DNA of 35,384 nucleotides from Candidatus Coprovivens sp. (GCA_051892935.1 JBJFGS010000034.1:10710-46093); one strand, 5' to 3'; shown: positions 1 to 8,960, counted from the first letter of the stretch. Numbers and translations: made by a program. Notes: generated from the sequence alone by a model not told the origin.

Positions 1-355
1 TGGTTGTTCTGCTACGATAGGAGTTTCTTCTACTATAGGTTGTTCTATTACTGGTTGTTCTGCTACGATAGGAGTTTCTTCTACTATAGGTTGCTCTACA
101 ACTGGTTGTTCTGCTACGATAGGAGTTTCTTCTACTATAGGTTGTTCTATTACTGGTTGTTCTGCTACGATAGGCGTTTCTTCTATTATAGTTTGTTCTA
201 TTACTGGTTGTTCTGTTACGATAGGAGTTTCTTCTACTATAGGTTGTTCTATTACTGGTTGTTCTGTTACGATAGGTGTTTCTTCTACTATAGGTTGTTC
301 TATTACTGGTTGTTCTGTTACGATAGGTGTTTCTTCTATTATAGGTTGTTCTATC
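1..355. repeat. Coding tandem repeat, 51-bp unit, about 7 copies (may continue beyond window)
   Basis: Unit TGGTTGTTCTGCTACGATAGGAGTTTCTTCTACTATAGGTTGTTCTATTAC recurs at 1, 52, 103, 154, 205, 256 and 307 with few substitutions; encodes EQPIVEETPIV(A/T)EQPVI on the minus strand. Confidence 0.95.
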
Positions 356-849
356 ATATTAGAAATTTCTGATGATTGGATATTTTCATTACTTAACTCT
401 TGTGTTACTACTTCGTTTACTAATTGAGTTATTTCATCTTCGATTGTTAGTCCACCTTCAAATAATTCTTGTGGATTTACTTGAATTTCAGTTTCTGGAG
501 ATACAGCAGGTAATGGATTATCTATTGTTGCAGCAGTTTCTTCAGGTATTGGTAGTCCTTCATTATTTATTACTGGTTCTGAAACATTTTGAATCTGAAG
601 TTCTTGAAGTGGTACTTCAACAACTTGCTGTTCAACAATTTGACTTCCATCAGCATTAAATACATTGTCATACACTGGTTGATTTGGGACAACTTCAGTA
701 GGTTGGGATACTACAATTTCTTCTTGTAATGGTTGTTCTTGTTGAACAACTGCTTGTGTAGCTTCTACTGGTACTTGATTATCCACTTCAGCTGCTACTG
801 GTGTTACCTGTTCTTTAGTTTTATTTTTCATTTTATCAAATAGTCCCAT
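1..849 (-). CDS. Partial (3'-truncated by window) acidic Glu/Gln/Pro/Val-rich protein with 17-aa tandem repeats; not in the supplied ORF track
   Basis: ATG at 849-847 opens a stop-free frame to the window edge: MGLFDKMKNKTKEQVTPVAAEVDNQ...EQPIVEETPIVAEQPVIEQP. The MGLFDK start plus long acidic region resembles FtsY A-domains, but no NG domain is visible. Confidence 0.85.
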   Translation of the reverse strand, partial: MGLFDKMKNKTKEQVTPVAAEVDNQVPVEATQAVVQQEQPLQEEIVVSQPTEVVPNQPVYDNVFNADGSQIVEQQVVEVPLQELQIQNVSEPVINNEGLPIPEETAATIDNPLPAVSPETEIQVNPQELFEGGLTIEDEITQLVNEVVTQELSNENIQSSEISNMIEQPIIEETPIVTEQPVIEQPIVEETPIVTEQPVIEQPIVEETPIVTEQPVIEQTIIEETPIVAEQPVIEQPIVEETPIVAEQPVVEQPIVEETPIVAEQPVIEQPIVEETPIVAEQP

Positions 850-940
850 TGGGATCACATCCAATCTTTTATATATAATTCCCCTATCTTACATTTTTAA
901 TTATAACATAAAAATATTATTATTAAAGTTTTTTTGTAAA

Positions 941-974
941 TAAAAATGACATTTTTGATTAAATGTCATTTTTA
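941..974 (-). terminator. Probable intrinsic terminator at end of rdgB
   Basis: Inverted repeat TAAAAATGACATT (941-953) / AATGTCATTTTTA (962-974) overlapping the stop codon. Confidence 0.55.
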
Positions 975-1528
975 TTATTTAATTTATTTTTTAAATCAAG
1001 TGTTGCTAAATATCTAGCACTACAGATATTTTTTTCGTCTTTTGATAGTTCTGCTAATGTTTTGCCGTTTGATAATTCAAATATCGGATCAAAACCAAAA
1101 CCATTTTTTCCTCTTGGTAAGGTTATTTTTCCTTTTAGTATTCCTTCTCCAACAATAATATCTTTACCATTAAAATATACTAAATTACATATTACTTTGG
1201 CTTCTTTATTATCTAATGTTTTTACTTTATCAACTATTATATTATTTCTTTTTTCATCTGATACTTCACTTCCTGCAAAGCGATGAGTTAGGACACCTGG
1301 CCATCCGTCTAAAGCATCTATACATAAACCTGAGTCATCAGCTATTACTGGTATTTTAGTAATCTCGTATATACTTTTAGCTTTTTTTAGGGCATTTCCG
1401 TAAAAGGAATCGGCGTCTTCTTCTACTTCGATATTAATATTAGCTTCTTTTAAAGATATTATTTCTTCTGTATTTAAAATGCTTTTTATTTCTTCTATTT
1501 TACCTTTATTATTGCTTGCAAATATCAT
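959..1528 (-). CDS. rdgB: RdgB/HAM1 family non-canonical purine NTP (dITP/XTP) pyrophosphatase
   Basis: Motifs FASNNKGKIEE, NALKKA, ADDSGL..ALDGWPG, GFGFDPIF, EKN.CSAR (SHR variant). Confidence 0.92.
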   Translation of the reverse strand: MIFASNNKGKIEEIKSILNTEEIISLKEANINIEVEEDADSFYGNALKKAKSIYEITKIPVIADDSGLCIDALDGWPGVLTHRFAGSEVSDEKRNNIIVDKVKTLDNKEAKVICNLVYFNGKDIIVGEGILKGKITLPRGKNGFGFDPIFELSNGKTLAELSKDEKNICSARYLATLDLKNKLNNKNDI

Positions 1529-1567
1529 GTTTTCACTTCTTTCTATATTAATTATGTTATAAAAATT

Positions 1568-1594
1568 AAAAAAAGGAAATAGTTTTTCCTTTTT
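1568..1594 (-). terminator. Probable intrinsic terminator after serS
   Basis: AAAAAGGAAA / TTTCCTTTTT hairpin with a U-tract on the minus strand, just past the serS stop. Confidence 0.55.
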
Positions 1595-1600
1595 ATTTAT

Positions 1601-2890
1601 TTATTTATTTATAGGAGTAAGTACTTCTTTTCCACCCATGTATGGTTGTAATACTTTTGGTATTTTTACTGTTCCATCACTTTGATAATTGTTTTCTAAT
1701 AGAGCAATTAATCCTCTTGGAGTTGCTACTACGGTATTATTCAAAGTATGTAGATAATATGTTCCTTTTTCACCTTTTGTTCTAATACCAAGTCTTCTTG
1801 CTTGAGCATCTCCTAGATTAGAACAACTTGCTACTTCAAAGTATTTTTGTTGACGTGGACTCCATGCTTCTATATCACAAGATTTAACTTTTAAGTCTGC
1901 TAAATCTCCACTACAGCATTCTAATTGACGTACTGGGATGTCCCAACTTCTAAATAAATCTACTGTAAGTTTCCACATTTTATTGTACCAATCCATAGAT
2001 TCTTCTGGTTCACAAATTACTATCATTTCTTGTTTTTCAAATTGATGTACTCTGTATAATCCTCTTTCTTCTAAACCATGAGAACCTCCTTCTTTACGGA
2101 AACAAGGTGAATATGATGTCATGTTTATTGGTAAACTTTCTTTCTTAAGAATTTGATCTTTAAATTTACCAATCATTGAATGTTCACTTGTTCCAATTAA
2201 GTAAAGGTCTTCACCTTCTATTTTGTACATCATAGCTTCCATTTCTGGGAATGACATAACTCCTGTTACAACGTCGCCATGAATCATAAATGGTGGAATA
2301 GCATAAGTGAATCCATGATCTATCATATAATCTCTAGCATAGGCAATCATGGCTTCGTGTAAACGTGCAATATCTCCTATTAGGAAGTAGAATCCTTCGC
2401 CGCTTGTACGGCCAGCTGCTTCTTTATCTAATCCATTAAATGATGCAGCTATATCTGCATGATATGGAATTTCATATTCTGGTACCACTGGTTCTCCAAA
2501 TTTTTCAACTTCAACATTTTCACTATCATCTTTACCAATAGGAACAGATGGATCCATAATATTTGGTATAACCATCATACGATTTTTTACTTCTTTTGCA
2601 AGTTCTTCTTGTTGTTGTTCTAATTCATTAATCTCTTCAGCCATCTTAGCTATTTTAACTTTTATTTCATTAGCTTCGTCGACTTTCTTATCTTTCATTA
2701 GTTTTCCTATTTCGCCACTCATTTTATTTTTTTCAGCTTTTAAGCTATCAGCTTTTGTTTGTGCTTCTCTTACTTTAATATCCATTTCATATACTTCATC
2801 TACTAATGGAAGTTTTTCATCTTGGAATTTCTTTTTTATATTTTCTTTTACTAAATCTTTATTTTCTCTTATTAATTTTATATCTATCAT
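1601..2890 (-). CDS. serS: Serine--tRNA ligase
   Basis: N-terminal coiled coil (MIDIKLIREN), LIGTSEH, motif 2 CFRKEGG..RGLYRVHQFEKQE, EVASCSN, motif 3 HTLNNT..ATPR..ALLEN, IPKVLQPYMGG; upstream Ser-specifier T-box. Confidence 0.98.
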   Translation of the reverse strand: MIDIKLIRENKDLVKENIKKKFQDEKLPLVDEVYEMDIKVREAQTKADSLKAEKNKMSGEIGKLMKDKKVDEANEIKVKIAKMAEEINELEQQQEELAKEVKNRMMVIPNIMDPSVPIGKDDSENVEVEKFGEPVVPEYEIPYHADIAASFNGLDKEAAGRTSGEGFYFLIGDIARLHEAMIAYARDYMIDHGFTYAIPPFMIHGDVVTGVMSFPEMEAMMYKIEGEDLYLIGTSEHSMIGKFKDQILKKESLPINMTSYSPCFRKEGGSHGLEERGLYRVHQFEKQEMIVICEPEESMDWYNKMWKLTVDLFRSWDIPVRQLECCSGDLADLKVKSCDIEAWSPRQQKYFEVASCSNLGDAQARRLGIRTKGEKGTYYLHTLNNTVVATPRGLIALLENNYQSDGTVKIPKVLQPYMGGKEVLTPINK

Positions 2891-3372
2891 AATTTTTCTC
2901 CTCTTTCTTTTAATATGTTTTCTAATCTTATTATTTCTGGTTGATACTTGTTGATAAAGTATTCTTGTTTTTCTTGTGGTAATTTATTTAATCTTTCCGG
3001 ATTGGAGTTATCTAACATATCACTATATTTTAGTTTAATTGCTTCAATATTGTTTGATTCTATTATTGATGATATTTTTTCGTGATATGATTGGTTCTTA
3101 TTGGAATTAGTTACTAATTTAACCAAATTAATTATTTCTTCATTAAACTTTAATTTTCTTAAGTCATCAAAGGTTATATTAGTATCTTCTACTGTATCAT
3201 GAAGTAAACCTGCTATACGTGTATTTTGGTTTGTAAGTTTATTACTTACTCTTTCAAGATGTCCTATGTAAGGTTCTCCTTCTTTATCTTTTTTATCTTT
3301 AAATAGAAGTTTTACTAATTCGTATGCTCTCTTTTCATCATCTTTTATTTTTAATAGTTCTTGATAGTTCAT
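2887..3372 (-). CDS. HD-domain protein, RelA/SpoT hydrolase-like (small alarmone hydrolase/Mesh1-like)
   Basis: DKEGEPYIGH, AGLLHDTVEDT, LVKLVT and IKLKYSDMLDN match the RSH HD hydrolase pattern; standalone 161 aa with no synthetase domain; ATGA overlap with serS. Confidence 0.82.
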   Translation of the reverse strand: MNYQELLKIKDDEKRAYELVKLLFKDKKDKEGEPYIGHLERVSNKLTNQNTRIAGLLHDTVEDTNITFDDLRKLKFNEEIINLVKLVTNSNKNQSYHEKISSIIESNNIEAIKLKYSDMLDNSNPERLNKLPQEKQEYFINKYQPEIIRLENILKERGEKL

Positions 3373-3797
3373 TTTTTTAATCCTGTTCTAAGATATTCAT
3401 CTATCATATTTTTTGATGGTGTATAGATATTTTCGGGCAGATTATTAAGTTCAAACCATTCCCACTTATCAATTTTATTTGGTTCCATTATTTTTAGTTC
3501 TCCCTCATACGAGGAGGAGATAACTCCAATTGTCACATAGTGGCGATCTGATTGAAATTCATCGGTAGCAGTGTAAACATGGATATTTGAAATATCTAAA
3601 TTTGTTTCTTCTTTTGTTTCACGAATTGCTGTTTCTATTATTGTTTCTTCATATTTTTGTTTTCCACCAGGGAATGTCCATGAATCTGGTTCATATATTC
3701 CTCCAGTATCTTTGGCATTTAAAACTCGATGACCTAGAAGAACTTTATTATTATTTAATATCATAACACCAATACCTGTTTTTATTATTTTATCCAT
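3369..3797 (-). CDS. Nudix hydrolase (NUDT15/MTH2-like)
   Basis: Nudix box GKQKYEETIIETAIRETKEETNL; HYVTI and EPNK..KWEWF..LP resemble the NUDT15 group; strong RBS AAGGAGGTG; ATGA overlap with the HD gene. Confidence 0.88.
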   Translation of the reverse strand: MDKIIKTGIGVMILNNNKVLLGHRVLNAKDTGGIYEPDSWTFPGGKQKYEETIIETAIRETKEETNLDISNIHVYTATDEFQSDRHYVTIGVISSSYEGELKIMEPNKIDKWEWFELNNLPENIYTPSKNMIDEYLRTGLKK

Positions 3798-3820
3798 ATT
3801 ACACCTCCTTTATATTATAT

Positions 3821-4015
3821 AAAAAAGGATGGTACATAAGGAGTGCATGGGCACGGTACCATCCTTTATTTTACTTAATTATCATAACGGGTAAACCCGG
3901 CAGGGATTAGCTGCTCTAGAAAGTAGATTCATTTATTTATTCAGTTCCATTCTCATCATCCATGGACTTTCTTTACTGGTAGAATAAATTACTTGTCTTT
4001 CTTTAAACGATTTAT
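3821..4015 (-). promoter_or_regulatory. T-box riboswitch leader, Ser specifier (UCU)
   Basis: Minus strand shows AGUA-like motif, AGAAAG and GAUGAGA stem I motifs, GAA-UCU-A specifier (3927-3925), CCGUUA box, T-box AAGGAUGGUACCGUG (3866-3852) and a competing terminator AAGGAUGGUAC...GUACCAUCCUUUUUU (3866-3821). Confidence 0.9.
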
Positions 4016-4021
4016 GAACTT

Positions 4022-4050
4022 ATTTTATACTTTTTTTTCTTGATTGTCAA
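4022..4050 (-). promoter_or_regulatory. SigA promoter for the T-box/Nudix/HD/serS unit
   Basis: TTGACA (4050-4045), 17 nt, TAAAAT (4027-4022). Confidence 0.8.
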
Positions 4051-4054
4051 ATAA

Positions 4055-5458
4055 TTAGAATTTTAATTTTTTACGTACTATTAATAATATTAATAATTGA
4101 GTTATTCCTAATATTAGAATTATTGTTATTAATAAGAGATTATCGGATGTACTTGGATTTTCTTGTGGTGATGCGATAAAAGCTACATCAATTGTGATGT
4201 CTTCTGGTGGCATTTGAAATATATTACCAGTAACTTCTATGTTTTTTCCTGATTATGTTGTTATTTTTATATTTTTTAGTAAATAACCATTATTAGCAAT
4301 TATTTCATATTCAATATTATCCCCTGCTTGAGCAGATTTACTTTTTGCTAATACTATACCATTGCCATCTGTTTTCATTTTTATATCATATATAAAGTTA
4401 TATTTTGTCAATGAAAGAATACTGAAATTTGACTCAGCAGGTATCGAAAATGTTATCGCTGTTGTTAAACTATTTTCTTCTAAAATAAAATCTGTTACTT
4501 CCATTAAGTCTCCGTAAGTTGGAATTAAATCACTCTTTTCAGCTCCTATTATTTCCTTACGAAAAATCTCGTTACCATCAAAGTCATATTTGATAAATTC
4601 TAATTTACCATAACATTTGGGATCATTGGTACATGTTGGATATACTCCACTTATTAATTCAGTTCTGTCCATTTCTATAGCATATATTCCATTATTACTT
4701 ATTTTTATATTTATTTCATTAGTATTATCTAAATTTTTTTCTTTTAATAAATTGAAATTTTTATCATATAAAGAGAATCCTTGTCTATTTTCTTTATAAT
4801 CATAGAAGCTTAATAAATAGTAATTATCACTTTCTTCAAAGATAATACTTTGCCATTTTTCTGCCTTTTTACCAGATGTTCTTATTAAATTGTATTTTCC
4901 CCATAATTCTTCAAATTCTTTTTCTGTTAAATCACTATCGTTATATTCTTTTATTTCTGTAAAATCTTTTGATAAAGTTATTGTTTTTTGGCTATTAATA
5001 TATATAAATGTATAATAGTTTTCTTTTTCAAGAATATAATCTGGTCTATAAATTGTATAAGCTTCATTATATGATATTTCTTTTTCTATTTCCAATTTAT
5101 CATTCATTACATATAGGGATTTTGAATTACCTATTTCATTTTTTGCTACACAAATAAATTTATCTTTATCTTTTAAATAAATCATTGGTCTTGAAATTGA
5201 GCAATCGTCATTTACATATCGTTCTTTTAATTTTCCATTTTTATCATATCTAATGATAAAGTTATCTGCATAAGCTATATATTCATTTTCTTTTTCTGCT
5301 ATTGATACATATTGATTTCCAGTTTGAGCAATATCAGTCCATTCTTTTTCTTCTTCTAAATACTTTGTCCATTCTAATTCGATGTTTTCAGCATGCGCAA
5401 TTGTTGGTATTATTATTAATAAAACTAAAAATGTGATTGTTTTTAATATTTTTTTCAT
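4055..5458 (-). pseudogene. Secreted surface protein with InlB-B-like stalk and NPST anchor, interrupted by in-frame TAA at 4255-4253 (401-aa ORF 4253..5458 before the stop)
   Basis: Signal peptide ending AHA. After the TAA the same frame continues SGKNIEVTGNIFQMPPEDITIDVAFIASPQENPSTSDNLLLITIILILGITQLLILLIVRKKLKF to a stop at 4057-4055, matching the C-termini of paralogs at 22138-27274. Confidence 0.85.
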
Positions 5459-5469
5459 ACTTCTATCCT

Positions 5470-6846
5470 TTACATGTTCATTTTACTTATTGAGTAAATA
5501 GCTAAACCTATTATAGCTATTGTTGCTAGTAATATGAAAGTTACTATTGCTAATAGTATTGTACTACCATGTGTTTTTTCTTCATATTCATCTGTTATGT
5601 AATTTTCAACAAATGGCGAAATTCTATTCTTATATAATATATTATTATCAGTATTATTGCTTTCATCTTCTGGACTATCTGGAGTCTTATGTTTCTTTTC
5701 AGCAACTTCTTCACTTATCATTTTTATATTATCATTTATTACTTGATAATATTTATTATATTCTTCAAAGTCTAGATGTTCTTTTGTAATTTGATTTATT
5801 ATTGGAATTAAAGTTTTTTGATTATTAACAATTAATGATAGTAATTCTTTTATATCACGATAATAATAAGTAATTAATGTTTGTAATAGTTCTTTTTTAG
5901 ATACAATATTAAAATTGCAGATTGTTTGGTCTTTTGTAAGGGATGGTAATTCTACTGTGTATTTATTATATGATGGAGATAATTTATAAGTATATTTTGA
6001 AGTTTCTTTATTAATAATAATACCTATGTTACTAAGATTATTATTTAAACTATTTGTTAATAGTTCAAATATTTTCATATTTAAATAGTCATGTTTTAAT
6101 TTATTTATATTTTCTTCTGTTATATCTGGTAATGCTTTAAAGATATCTAGAACATATTCAATATTTTCTTTGTATTCTTCTTTATTTTTTATTTCTTTTA
6201 AACCAAATCTTACTTTTTTATCATGAATATTTATTAATTTTTGAGTTAATGTGAATTTTGGTGATTCTTCTTTTATAAATCTTAAAGTTTCTTCTAGATT
6301 TAAAAATTTTTCGTTTTTTCCTTCAAAATTAATATTTAATATACCATTATTATTCATGTTTTCATCGAATATTCGATATGTCTTGGCATAGTTAATATTT
6401 AAAATATAAGCTATGTCACTCATTATTAGTTCATAATCATTATTAATACTATTTTCTTTTTTATAGCCTTTAGTTTCGTTATTAACGTTTACTAATTTTA
6501 AATATGGATTAATATCTTTTATTTCAATAACAAAGGCTTGTTCTAGTATTTTTACACCTTGATCGTATGATAATAGATAGCAGTTATTTCCTTTTGTTAA
6601 TTTGTCAATACTTGAAATATAGTATTGTTTTAGAGATGCAAGATGATTATTGTGATTAATTTTTCTTACTTGATAGGAGAATTTATTATCAATTAGGGTG
6701 TATATTTCTTGAAGAGGTTTGTTGGTTGATAATAAGTTTTCAGCTAATTTATTTATTTTTTCATCGGAATATACTTTTCCTAATTCTTCCATATTAGAGA
6801 TTCGCTCTTTTATATGTTTTATTATTAGTTGTTTTTTATCTTCCAT
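5470..6846 (-). CDS. Hypothetical membrane-anchored protein, HipA-like kinase fold with degenerate active site
   Basis: ELIMSDIAYILNINYAKTY, GILNINF, MKIFELLTNSLNNNLSNIGII and KLSPSYN follow HipA motif spacing; single C-terminal TM helix (TILLAIVTFILLATIAIIGLAIY). The CDS is solid; the fold is an inference. Confidence 0.55.
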   Translation of the reverse strand: MEDKKQLIIKHIKERISNMEELGKVYSDEKINKLAENLLSTNKPLQEIYTLIDNKFSYQVRKINHNNHLASLKQYYISSIDKLTKGNNCYLLSYDQGVKILEQAFVIEIKDINPYLKLVNVNNETKGYKKENSINNDYELIMSDIAYILNINYAKTYRIFDENMNNNGILNINFEGKNEKFLNLEETLRFIKEESPKFTLTQKLINIHDKKVRFGLKEIKNKEEYKENIEYVLDIFKALPDITEENINKLKHDYLNMKIFELLTNSLNNNLSNIGIIINKETSKYTYKLSPSYNKYTVELPSLTKDQTICNFNIVSKKELLQTLITYYYRDIKELLSLIVNNQKTLIPIINQITKEHLDFEEYNKYYQVINDNIKMISEEVAEKKHKTPDSPEDESNNTDNNILYKNRISPFVENYITDEYEEKTHGSTILLAIVTFILLATIAIIGLAIYSISKMNM

Positions 6847-6894
6847 AACTATACCTCTATTCTATTTTATATTATAGCATATATTTGTTTTTTT

Positions 6895-7422
6895 TTACAT
6901 AATACCATGTACTTCACATATTATTTCGTCAATATTTATAGTTCCTATTGAATTATAACGACTGTCTAGTGAATCTGCTCTATTGTCTCCTAGTACAAAA
7001 TAGGAATTTTCTGGTATTTTATATGGTAAGTTTATTTCAACGTCACCTTTAACTTTTTTATTTAAATATTCTTCTTCTAATGTTTTATCATTTATTATAA
7101 TTGTTCCATCATCTTTTATATCTATGGTTTCTCCTGGTAAGCCAATTACTCTTTTTATAACGTTATTTCCCATATTATTAAAGGCTATAATATCTCCTCT
7201 TTCTATTTGAAATTGTTTTAAGCAAAAGACATATTCATTTTGTTTTAATGTTGGGTACATACTTGTTCCATTTATTTTAAAAAAATATGATGTGTTTATA
7301 ATTATTAAAAAAATTATGATTAATAATAAAGTTATTATTAAACTTATTATTTTCCAAATATTACCTTTAGAACGTTTTTGTTCAGTTGTAGTGAATGTTT
7401 TGATATTGTACATTTTTATCAT
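6895..7422 (-). CDS. lepB: Signal peptidase I
   Basis: N-terminal TM, GTSMYPTL (catalytic Ser), RGDII, IKRVIGLPGE (catalytic Lys), FVLGDNRADSLDSR. Start may be ATG at 7413. Confidence 0.93.
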   Translation of the reverse strand: MIKMYNIKTFTTTEQKRSKGNIWKIISLIITLLLIIIFLIIINTSYFFKINGTSMYPTLKQNEYVFCLKQFQIERGDIIAFNNMGNNVIKRVIGLPGETIDIKDDGTIIINDKTLEEEYLNKKVKGDVEINLPYKIPENSYFVLGDNRADSLDSRYNSIGTINIDEIICEVHGIM

Positions 7423-7538
7423 CTTCTTTGTATTTTATTTTTAATCTTCTTATCCACAATGGTAGTAGAATTGTTATTTTCATTGTTATATCTCCTATTT
7501 AATATAAGTTTATCATTTTAAAAAAATTATTACAATTT

Positions 7539-7564
7539 AAAAAGCACTATTATATTTAGTGCTT
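7539..7564 (-). terminator. Probable intrinsic terminator after the 7614..8810 gene
   Basis: AAGCACTA / TAGTGCTT hairpin followed by a U-run on the minus strand. Confidence 0.6.
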
Positions 7565-7613
7565 ATTTTGAATCTTTTAGTTGAATTATTTAGATTTTTG
7601 TTAATAGTTGCTT

Positions 7614-8810
7614 TTATTCTATTGGACTTTTCTTTTTATGAAATGTTTTGATAAGAAAGAAACCTGATGATGTTAAGAAAATTAGCACGATTATTAATCT
7701 TATATCTGAAGTATTTGGATTTTCTTCTGTTGATTCTACTCTAATATCAACAGGGATGCTAATTGTCTTTGTTTGATTAGTTGCTGTAATATATGTTAAG
7801 TCTTTTAATACTATGTTTGTTTGAATATTTTTATTTTCTTCAGCAATTAGTGTCGTTGTTAAAACAACATCTTCTCCACTAAATCCTTCTTCATTTTTTA
7901 GTATATAGTATCCTTTATCATCTTTGGTAATTGTCCAGCCATCTTTAACATTAATGTTCTTTAATTCTAGATATGAATTATTTAGATTTGTTTTTATTTC
8001 TACTATCTTGTCATTGGTATTTATTTTTAAATTACATTTTGTTTCTTCTTGATATTTAATTATTGTTGGTTCACATTCAAAAGTAAACTCTGGATCTTCA
8101 TATTCTCTTAGTGTTATAACTGAGCTATTAAAGAGATCTTCATAATAACCCATATCGTAATTTCTACCAGAATTTGTTATTGTTTCATAGTCTTCTAAGA
8201 TATATCCACATATTGTATTATCTTTTGCTTTGTCATTATTATTACAAAATTCAAGTAATGTCTTGTCAGAAGATTCTACTACTTGCCATTTTTTTATTTT
8301 TTGGAAATCCTTGCTTGAATCATTATATATAAGCATTTCAGATTGTAATCCTGGCAATGTGTTATCATACTCTGCTAAAAATTCTGCTTCTGTTTTATTA
8401 AATTCTTCGCCTGCATCTTCTGCTTGTTTTTTCATAAAATCATATAATTCCAAAGTATTATTTTTTAAACCTGTAGCCAAATCTGCTCCTATTGTTAGCG
8501 AAGATAAAGAAATAACTCCTGATCCAAATGTTCCTGAGAAGTAAATATATAAATCATTTCCTGTTTTATCTTGGTAGTTAATTACATGCATTTGGCTTAG
8601 TTCTGATGGATATGATGAACTATTATAAATTTCTTCAAGATCATATATAGTTAATATATCTCCTTTATTATATACCTTATTTATTTCAATTTTATTAAAA
8701 TCATATTTTTCAGCATATGCGGTTATTTTTCCTCTATAAGTGATTCCTATTATTGTTATTATAATTATTAATATAAGCGTTATTTTTTTTATTTTTTTCA
8801 TTTTTTCCAT
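7614..8810 (-). CDS. Surface protein with C-terminal Ig/cohesin-like domain and NPNT anchor
   Basis: N-terminal hydrophobic signal ending AYA; beta-rich C-terminal domain (CEPTIIKYQEETKCNLKI...GWTIT); ENPNTSD + TM + KKK. Confidence 0.7.
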   Translation of the reverse strand: MEKMKKIKKITLILIIIITIIGITYRGKITAYAEKYDFNKIEINKVYNKGDILTIYDLEEIYNSSSYPSELSQMHVINYQDKTGNDLYIYFSGTFGSGVISLSSLTIGADLATGLKNNTLELYDFMKKQAEDAGEEFNKTEAEFLAEYDNTLPGLQSEMLIYNDSSKDFQKIKKWQVVESSDKTLLEFCNNNDKAKDNTICGYILEDYETITNSGRNYDMGYYEDLFNSSVITLREYEDPEFTFECEPTIIKYQEETKCNLKINTNDKIVEIKTNLNNSYLELKNINVKDGWTITKDDKGYYILKNEEGFSGEDVVLTTTLIAEENKNIQTNIVLKDLTYITATNQTKTISIPVDIRVESTEENPNTSDIRLIIVLIFLTSSGFFLIKTFHKKKSPIE

Positions 8811-8960
8811 ATTAAATCTCCTGTTCTGCCTTAATTATACTATTATATTATCAATCAATCAATCAATTATAATTCCTAAATTTATATAATTATATTTTCT
8901 AAAATTATAAGTATTACAAATATAATTAACCATATGACAATGAAAAAATATTTTATTATT

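Noticed and set aside
1-355. Possible CRISPR array
   Set aside because: Units are contiguous 51-bp in-frame repeats with no unique spacers and lie inside a CDS; no cas genes.
4-659. Plus-strand ORFs 4..372 and 372..659
   Set aside because: Antisense shadows of the real minus-strand ORF 1..849; implausible F/Y/W/L composition.
1592-1611. (TTTA)5 repeat at the serS stop
   Set aside because: Expected in AT-rich DNA; slippage would affect only the terminal residues.
4253-4255. Stop-codon reassignment or genetic code 4
   Set aside because: The internal stop is TAA, the usual terminator here; TGA ends genes in ATGA overlaps and Trp is read from TGG, consistent with code 11.
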